Of a stretch of DNA of 64,000 bases, positions 56,451 to 64,000 are shown in pieces. The notes beneath the pieces were generated by a model. That model was given only the letters and a program-made list of their open reading frames with translations, was not told the origin of the DNA and ran no database searches. Within the stretch, counting starts at the first letter, position 1; each line of letters opens with the position of its first letter. The position numbers and the translations under genes are program-made. This DNA is from Gammaproteobacteria bacterium (GTDB taxonomy: Bacteria > Pseudomonadota > Gammaproteobacteria > Arenicellales > Poriferihabitantaceae): assembly GCA_009842505.1 (NCBI GenBank), contig VYFG01000003.1, positions 7,691 to 71,690 on the forward strand. The letters are read 5' to 3'.

Positions 56451-58124
56451 CTAAGACGCCGTTTCGACACCACTGCCAAGCAGTGCAACCAGCCCACGGG
56501 TGGAGCCGTCTATTTCCGGTCCGGCGGCGTCCCCGGTGAACAGCCGGTCAACCGCGACCGCAAGCTCCTTGCCAAGCTCCACGCCCCACTGGTCGAAGGA
56601 GCACACCTGCCAGACGACACCCTGCACGAACACCTTGTGCTCGTAGAGCGCGATCAGGGCTCCCAGGGACTCGGGGGTCAGGCGCTCCAGGACAATCGTG
56701 CTGCTCGGCCGGTTGCCGGGGTAAGTGCGGTGCGGCGCCTGCCGGTCAATCTGATCGACTGTCAGTCCCGCGCCGGACAGGTGCTGGCGAACGATTTCCT
56801 CGTCCCGGCCTGCCATCAGCGCCGCCGATTGCGCCACGGCATTGGCCACCAGCTTTCGCTGTGTCCCGTCCTGCCCGTCCGCGCCTTCCTTCACGACGAT
56901 GAAGTCCACCGGAATCGTCTCCACGCCCTGGTGCAGATGCTGGAAGAAGGTGTGTTGTCCGTTCGTCCCCACGGCGCCCCAGATCACCGGGCAGGTCTCC
57001 CAAGCCACCTCCTCGCCTTTCCGTGTCACACGTTTGCCGTTGCTTTCCATCTCCATCTGCTGCAGGAACGCGGGCAACAGCTCGAGACCCTGCGTGTAGG
57101 GCACCACCGCCAGCGAGGAGGTTCCGAGGAAATTGCGGCACCAGATGCCCGTCATCGCCATCAGGACCGGGAGATTCCGCTCCAGCGGCGCGGCGAGGAA
57201 ATGTTCATCCATCGCGCGTGCTCCCCTGAGGAGCGCGCGGAACCCCTCCATCCCGATTCCGATCGCGATGGAAATGCCGATGGCGGACCAGAGCGAAAAC
57301 CGCCCTCCCACCCAATCCGGCAGGGGATAGATGTTTTCCGGCACGATGCCGAATGCCAGCGCCCGTTCATGGTGGCCGGTCACGGCGATAAAGTGGTTCT
57401 CCGCGCCCGGGTCACGGCCCGGGCGAAGTCCGAGCCACTGCCGGGCTGACTCCGCGTTGGCCAGGGTTTCCTGGGTGGAGAAGGTCTTCGACGCCAGGAC
57501 GAAGAGCGTGGCCTCCGGGTCCAGGTCCCGGGTGATCTCGTCGAAATGCCCGGAATCGACATTGGACAGGAACCGGATTTCCGGTCCGTCCCTGTCGTGG
57601 CGGGAAAGCGCCCTGCAGACCAGGGCTGGTCCGAGATGCGAGCCGCCGATGCCGATGTTCACCACGGTGCGGACGGGTTTCCCGGTATGGCCGCGCCACT
57701 GTCCCGACCGTATTGCCTCAGCCAGCGTCCCGATGCGGCCGAGCACCTCGGCCACCTCCTCGCGCACCGGTCCCGGTGCGTGGACCCTGCCGCCGTCCCC
57801 GTCGCTTCGAAGTGCGGTGTGCAGGGCGGCCCTGTCTTCGGCGACATTGATCCTCTTACCCCGGAACTGGCGCTCCCGCCAGCCCTCCACATCCGATGCC
57901 CGGGCCAGTGCCAGCAGAAGCTCCAGCGTTGCTGAATCGATGTTGTGCTTGGAATAGTCGAGAAAAATGCCGGCGGCTTCTCCGGAAAACCTGCCGAACC
58001 GGCCGGGGTCGTCACGGAACATCACCCCGATGCGCCGGTCCGCAACTGCCCGGGCGTGCGCATTCAGCGATTGCCACTCCGGCATGCGGTCGAGTCTGGT
58101 TGTCATCGGGAGGGCATCAGTCAT
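56451..58124 (-). CDS. pgi: Glucose-6-phosphate isomerase
   Basis: 557 aa with PGI signatures (IGIGGSHLGP, SKTFSTQET, GGRFSLWSAIG, VWQVCSFDQWGVELGK). Confidence 0.9.
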   Translation of the reverse strand: MTDALPMTTRLDRMPEWQSLNAHARAVADRRIGVMFRDDPGRFGRFSGEAAGIFLDYSKHNIDSATLELLLALARASDVEGWRERQFRGKRINVAEDRAALHTALRSDGDGGRVHAPGPVREEVAEVLGRIGTLAEAIRSGQWRGHTGKPVRTVVNIGIGGSHLGPALVCRALSRHDRDGPEIRFLSNVDSGHFDEITRDLDPEATLFVLASKTFSTQETLANAESARQWLGLRPGRDPGAENHFIAVTGHHERALAFGIVPENIYPLPDWVGGRFSLWSAIGISIAIGIGMEGFRALLRGARAMDEHFLAAPLERNLPVLMAMTGIWCRNFLGTSSLAVVPYTQGLELLPAFLQQMEMESNGKRVTRKGEEVAWETCPVIWGAVGTNGQHTFFQHLHQGVETIPVDFIVVKEGADGQDGTQRKLVANAVAQSAALMAGRDEEIVRQHLSGAGLTVDQIDRQAPHRTYPGNRPSSTIVLERLTPESLGALIALYEHKVFVQGVVWQVCSFDQWGVELGKELAVAVDRLFTGDAAGPEIDGSTRGLVALLGSGVETAS

Positions 58125-58250
58125 AGGTGACGGGTGCGGGCATGGGCCGGTGCACCACTCCCCGGCACCGGCCCGGAATACCGGGAATCGAGTATACCAA
58201 CATCATGCGCCGCCCTGCCCCCGAAAGCCGCCCCGGAGGGGCCGGACGCC

Positions 58251-59863
58251 TCAGTCGGCCGCCCCGCCGCCGAAATAGTCCTCGAATTTCGCCCGGCCCT
58301 GGTTCCCGAACAGCCGGTCGCACAGTTCCGCCATGCCCTCCATGGCCATCAGTTCCTCGTGCCGGTAGAGCAACGCCAACTTGGAGCGCCGGCGCAGGAG
58401 GTCGGCCAGGGTTACGATCATTTCCCGGTCCCGCAGGTGGTCGATCTCGCACCGGCGAAGACCCGTCCCGGCAATGGCCGGGGCCGCCAGCGCGGGATCC
58501 CTCACGACGGCCTCCAGCATCGCCCCTGCCTTCCGGCCGTAACGCCTCCACAGCCGTTCGGCCAGCGATTCCCCGGTGTCAGGGGCACGGTCGTCGGCAA
58601 AGCCGGCTTCCCTGGCCCGCTCAAGGAATGCCGCCCGCTCCCCCTTCCCCGGCTCAACGCACCAGTGGGACGGTCTGCGGGCCAGCGGAACGCCAAGCCC
58701 GGCGACCTGCCGGCAGACCTCTTCCCCGACATTGACGCAGTCCGTCAGCTTGCCCCCGAAAATGCTGATCTGCCGGCCCTCCCCGTCCGTCTCCACCACA
58801 TGCCTGCGCGAGAGCTGGAGAAAATCCATGGTCGCGTCGCCCCCCCTGGGCACCACCAGCGGACGGACGCCGCACCGTTCCGCGATGATGTCGGACCGCG
58901 ACAGCGGCCGCGGCAGGTTCAGCCTGGCGTTGATGTTGGACAGGATAAAATCCCGGTCCCGGTCGGTGACGGTGGTGTCGGGCGTGTCCACGCGGGTATC
59001 GGTGGTTCCGATGCAGGTCCGGTTGCCCATGGGTATGGCGAAGAACAGCCGGCCGTCATCGGCGAAGAAGGCCAGCACCTTGCCGCTGTCCCCGATCCGG
59101 GGAACCACCAGGTGGACGCCCTTGGACAGGACGTGCCGGTATCCCGAGTAGATGCCCGCGGCCGCGTTCAGGGAATCCACAAAGGCCCCGGCCGCGTTGA
59201 CCAGGACCCGGCAGCGGATCTCGAGAGGCCGCCCCGAGACGCCGTCCTTGGCCATGACTCGCCAGCCCTCCGCCGTACTTTGCATTTCCTCTGCTTCCAC
59301 GTAGTTGGCGGCCAGGCAGCCCTGCTCCAGCGCCGAACGGATGAATCCGAATACAAAGCGCGCATCGTTGTCGAACAGATAGGCATCGAGTACTCGAGGC
59401 CCCCGGTGCTGTGGTTCGTGTCGATGACGGGCTCCACGTTGCCGATGGTGCCGGCGCGCAGGTAGCGCGGCGGCCGGGTATGGCCCCGCCCGATTAGCCA
59501 GTACAGCCAGGACCCGGCCCACAGCTTTACCGGATGATGACGGAATCCGTGGGGGACCGTGGTCAGGAAACGGATTTCCCGGATGGCCGAGGGGAACCGC
59601 CGCATCAGTTCGTTGCGCGACCTGCAGAGCTCCGCCACGAGGCCGAACTGGTAGCTTTCCATGTACTTCACCCCGCCCCAGATCAGGTTGGATGAATGCT
59701 GGCTGGTGAACCCGGCGAAATCCCTGGCATCCACCAGGCCGACCTTCGCCCCCCGGGCCGACAGTGCCGCGGCGCTCACGGCCCCGTTGATGCCGCCACC
59801 GACAATCAGGACATCCAGGGAGTTTCCGGAAAGCGCCGCAACGCTTTGTTTACGTAAAATCAT
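58251..59863 (-). pseudogene. glpD: FAD-dependent glycerol-3-phosphate dehydrogenase with a single -1 frameshift
   Basis: The N-terminal ORF (59863-59168) has DVLIVGGGINGAVSAA...GGLEYS. The C-terminal ORF (59522-58251) continues DAYLFDNDARFVF..., so the conserved EYSD-x-x-x-DDAR block is split. One base is missing between 59388 and 59387 (TAC TC- GAT on the coding strand), and the site is not in a homopolymer. Confidence 0.75.
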
Positions 59864-60009
59864 CTCCCTGCCGCACCAATGATGGACCGTCGGTCAAACC
59901 CATCCGAACACGTACCAGAACCAGTCCATGAAAATGGCCTGGGCCGCCCGCGAATCCCAGCCGGGCGGGATGAGTGAGTCCCGTCACGAGCCACGGGATG
60001 CACAAGCGA

Positions 60010-60372
60010 TCACCGAAGGGCAGTGTGCTTGGGGAGATGGCAAGCAACCCGCCCGGTGGTGGTGCCGATATTGATGAACATGGAAGCGCCGTTCGGAATG
60101 ATTCACGCCGTCATTCTCCCGTTGCGGTCCTTGCCCTCCGTGTTGATGAGACGGCGCGTGGTGCAGTCCGGGTTCGCCGGTTCCCGCCCGCAGGGCGCAA
60201 TGTCGCCGGAGACCACGGCACCGCCTGGCACCCGTAGCGGAAGTTTCTTGTTGCACATGATGTTCAGGTCCCGCCGGATGGCCTGCGGCGTGACCTCGTA
60301 CTGGTTCGCCAGGGAACCCGTCCGGCCACTGCCGTGACTGCGGATTTGGGGAACCGCCGGCGTGTCGGTCAT
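60010..60372 (-). pseudogene. glpR: DeoR-family glycerol-3-phosphate regulon repressor remnant (in-frame TGA, then truncated)
   Basis: ...YEVTPQAIRRDLNIM...LRVPGGAV...KDRNGRMTA is followed by TGA at 60105-60103. The same frame then continues IIPNGASMFINIGTTTGRVACHLPKHTALR, matching GlpR ...[30 protein letters not shown], up to a second TGA at 60012-60010. Only about 170 of about 250 codons fit before glpD. Confidence 0.6.
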
Positions 60373-60537
60373 CTCGGTATCGTTGCTGAGGTGGCGTTAC
60401 CGGTATTGTGCCCGGTTTGAAGGCGCTGCGGGCTGCCCGGAGGCAACCGATTCCCGGGAGCGGTCCTGTCCTGTGGGTTGCGCGGCGGACCGGTAAGGTT
60501 CCACAATCCCCGGCCACACGCCGGTACGACCAGCAGC

Positions 60538-62013
60538 ATGAAACGAATCATCCTAGCCATCGACCAGGGCACCACCAGCTCCCGTGCCATCGTCTTCACC
60601 CCGGACGGCACGGCGCTGGCTTCGTCCCAGTACGAGTTTCCGCAGATCTATCCCGACGACGGCTGGGTGGAGCACGACCCCGCGGCCATCTGGAAAACCA
60701 CGCTTGATACCGCCCGGGATGTCCTCGACCGTGCCGGGAACGACGTGGCGGCCGTCGGCATCACCAACCAGCGGGAGACCACCCTCGTGTGGGACCGGAC
60801 CACCGGGGAGCCCGTACACAACGCCATCGTCTGGCAGGACCGGCGGACGGCACGGGAATGCGCCCGCATCGGGGAGGAAGGCCATGGGCGGGAGATCACC
60901 GCACGGACCGGGCTGCTCCTTGACGCCTATTTTTCCGCCACCAAGATCGCCTGGATCCTGGACAATGTCCCCGGGGCCAGGGCCCGGGCGGAACGGGGCG
61001 AACTGGCGTTCGGCACCGTGGACACCTTCCTGGTATGGAGGCTCACCGGCGGCCGGGTGCACGCCACCGACGCCACCAACGCCAGCCGCACGATGCTGTT
61101 CAACATCCACAACCAGTCCTGGGACGATCACCTGCTCGCGGTTTTCGGGGTCCCGCAGTCGCTGCTGCCCGACGTGCGTGACAGCGCCGGCGACTACGGC
61201 ATCACTGATTCCGCCGTACTGGGTGCGGCGCTGCCCATCGGCGGCGTGGTGGGGGACCAGCAGGGCGCCCTGTTCGGCCAGGCCTGCTTTCACCCGGGCA
61301 TGGTGAAGAGCACCTACGGCACGGGCTGCTTCATGGTCATGAATACCGGCCCGGACCCGGTGGCCTCAGGGAACCGCCTGCTCACCACCGTGGGCTACCG
61401 GCTCGACGGGGAAGTGACCTATGCCCTGGAGGGGTCGATCTTCAACGCGGGCACCGCGATCCAGTGGGTGCGGGACGGGCTCGGGCTGATCGGCCACGTC
61501 AGCGAGATCGACGCCCTGTTAGGCGCCACTGCCGGCAACGAGGGGGTGTACATGGTGCCGGCCTTTACCGGTCTCGGCGCCCCCCACTGGGATCCCCATG
61601 CCCGGGGCGCGGTACTGGGCATCACCCGGGACACCGGCATCCCTCAATTCGTCCGCGCCGCCCTGGAAGCCGTGTGCTACCAGTCCCGAGAACTGGTGGA
61701 GGCGATGGCCGCGGACAGCGGCCGTCCCCTGGAAAGGCTGCGGGTGGATGGCGGCATGGTTGCCAACGACTGGATGCTGCAGTTCCTCGCGGACATTCTC
61801 GACACCGTCGTGGAAAAGCCGGTGGTCATCGAAACCACCGCACTGGGTGCGGCCTACCTGGCCGGCCTCCAACACGGCATCTTCAGCTCCACCGACGAGA
61901 TCGCATCCCACTGGCGGGAGGCCCACCGGTTCGGCCCGGACATGGATCCCGACAGGCGCGATGCCCTGGTTGCCGGCTGGGACGACGCCATCGGCCGGGT
62001 CAAGGCGCGCTAG
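60538..62013 (+). CDS. glpK: Glycerol kinase
   Basis: [20 protein letters not shown]...[12 protein letters not shown]...[10 protein letters not shown] contains the FGGY kinase signatures. The protein is 491 aa and intact. Confidence 0.9.
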   Translation: MKRIILAIDQGTTSSRAIVFTPDGTALASSQYEFPQIYPDDGWVEHDPAAIWKTTLDTARDVLDRAGNDVAAVGITNQRETTLVWDRTTGEPVHNAIVWQDRRTARECARIGEEGHGREITARTGLLLDAYFSATKIAWILDNVPGARARAERGELAFGTVDTFLVWRLTGGRVHATDATNASRTMLFNIHNQSWDDHLLAVFGVPQSLLPDVRDSAGDYGITDSAVLGAALPIGGVVGDQQGALFGQACFHPGMVKSTYGTGCFMVMNTGPDPVASGNRLLTTVGYRLDGEVTYALEGSIFNAGTAIQWVRDGLGLIGHVSEIDALLGATAGNEGVYMVPAFTGLGAPHWDPHARGAVLGITRDTGIPQFVRAALEAVCYQSRELVEAMAADSGRPLERLRVDGGMVANDWMLQFLADILDTVVEKPVVIETTALGAAYLAGLQHGIFSSTDEIASHWREAHRFGPDMDPDRRDALVAGWDDAIGRVKAR

Positions 62014-62218
62014 CGGCGGAACGTTCCGGTCCGGGGACGGCGGGCGCCGGCGCCGTTTCCGTCGCTACCTGCGTACCGGGCCGAACTGGCCTATCGAGAC
62101 GGCGGCTTCTGGTACTACACTGGCAGCCCGGAACCCAATACCTTCTTCTTCCTGCCGGCAAGCGCCCACAAGGCCCGTCCGGAAATCGTCTTATCTCTCA
62201 GTCACATTGAGGTCCAGA

Positions 62219-63337
<1,119 letters not shown>

Positions 63338-63435
63338 TCATCTTCGGCACAACCGTAATACTGCAACGATCCAGTCTGATCCTGAATTCAGGAGTCATAT
63401 CCACATTCAGCAATATACATACTCGAGGTAGCAAC

Positions 63436-64000
63436 ATGGCAAGAATGACACCCAGCGAGGCTTTTGTCGAAACCCTGGCGGCCAACGGGGTCACCGAAAT
63501 ATTTGGCATCATGGGATCCGCCTTCATGGACGCCATGGATATCTTCGCACCGGCCGGCATCCGGTTGATACCGGTGGTCCACGAACAGGGTGCGGCGCAC
63601 ATGGCGGACGGCTATTCAAGGGTGAGCGGCCGCCACGGGGTCTGCATCGGCCAGAACGGCCCCGGCATCAGCAACTGTGTCACCGCCATTGCCGCCGCCT
63701 ACTGGGCGCATTCCCCCGTGGTCATCGTCACCCCGGAGACGGGCACCATGGGGCAGGGCCTCGGCGGCTTCCAGGAAGCCAACCAGCTGCCCATGTTCGA
63801 GGAGTTCACCAAGTACCAAGGGCATGTGAACAACCCGAAGCGGATGGCGGAATTCACCGCGCGCTGTTTTGACCGCGCGATGTCCGAAATGGGTCCGACC
63901 CAGCTCAACATCCCGCGTGACTACTTTTACGGCGACATTGATGTCGAAATTCCCCAGCCGATGCGGGTTGACCTCGGCCCAGGCGGAGACCGTTCCCTGG
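63436..64000 (+). CDS. xsc: Sulfoacetaldehyde acetyltransferase, 5' part (continues past the window end)
   Basis: ATG at 63436 is preceded by GAGG 7 nt upstream. The frame is open to the window edge. The ThDP-enzyme N-domain MARMTPSEAFVETLAANGVTEIFGIMGSAFMDAMD...GQNGPGISN...GLGGFQEANQLPMFEEFTKYQGHV...QLNIPRDYF matches Xsc as I recall it. The ORF is absent from the supplied track because it has no stop within the window. Confidence 0.75.
   Translation, partial: MARMTPSEAFVETLAANGVTEIFGIMGSAFMDAMDIFAPAGIRLIPVVHEQGAAHMADGYSRVSGRHGVCIGQNGPGISNCVTAIAAAYWAHSPVVIVTPETGTMGQGLGGFQEANQLPMFEEFTKYQGHVNNPKRMAEFTARCFDRAMSEMGPTQLNIPRDYFYGDIDVEIPQPMRVDLGPGGDRSL

Noticed and set aside
58134-59465. A 443-aa plus-strand ORF lies opposite glpD.
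   Set aside because: It is an antisense shadow ORF with no recognisable domain. The GlpD signatures are on the minus strand.
61598-62218. The upstream 207 codons of the tracked ORF 61598-63337 overlap the glpK 3' end.
   Set aside because: The Ald homology begins at MQIGVPKEIKNHEYRVG (ATG at 62219). The upstream part is out of frame with glpK and of low complexity, so it is treated as a spurious extension.

Overview
This is a 64 kb stretch of a high-GC proteobacterial chromosome. My spot counts of 60-nt lines give about 68-72% GC in core genes; nothing was computed window-wide. The conserved gene order looks gammaproteobacterial. The backbone is mostly housekeeping genes on the minus strand: ispH-lspA-ribF-murJ (divergent from rpsT), rluB-scpB-scpA-trpS-yciO-pcnB, acnB, hemYXDC, a SPOR protein, argS, an rnfB-like gene with nth, pgi, glpK, ald and the 5' end of xsc. 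Many adjacent gene pairs overlap as ATGA. Two lower-GC accessory segments interrupt the backbone. (1) An islet of about 5.6 kb (4.39-10.0 kb) abuts the 3' end of tRNA-Thr(CGU). It carries a class I Fic/VbhA-type toxin-antitoxin pair, a cytoplasmic Cys-type sulfatase, two decayed IS elements, a twice-frameshifted gene for a secreted protein, and a truncated outer-membrane-protein gene. (2) An island of about 18 kb (35.3-53.4 kb) lies between nth and an arsS-like radical SAM gene. It combines a near-complete homoprotocatechuate meta-cleavage pathway (hpaD/E/H/I plus a FAH-family enzyme) with a TctABC transporter, a P450/ferredoxin/ferredoxin-reductase operon, a GNAT-like gene, a glutamine-synthetase-like enzyme, a PuuD-like gamma-glutamyl hydrolase, a MarR regulator and a sulfatase/phosphonate-monoester-hydrolase-like enzyme. 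A 14-bp inverted repeat (GTTWG-N4-CKAAC) occurs five times in this island, once in each inter-operon region, which suggests one regulon. I consider this island the best candidate for an undescribed catabolic system: a gamma-glutamyl/P450 front end feeding aromatic ring cleavage. The window also holds an unusual number of disrupted genes (glpD, glpR, an AbiEi-like gene, the IS transposases, the secreted-protein gene). I saw no rRNA genes or CRISPR arrays. All family assignments come from reading the translations by eye; no database search was run.
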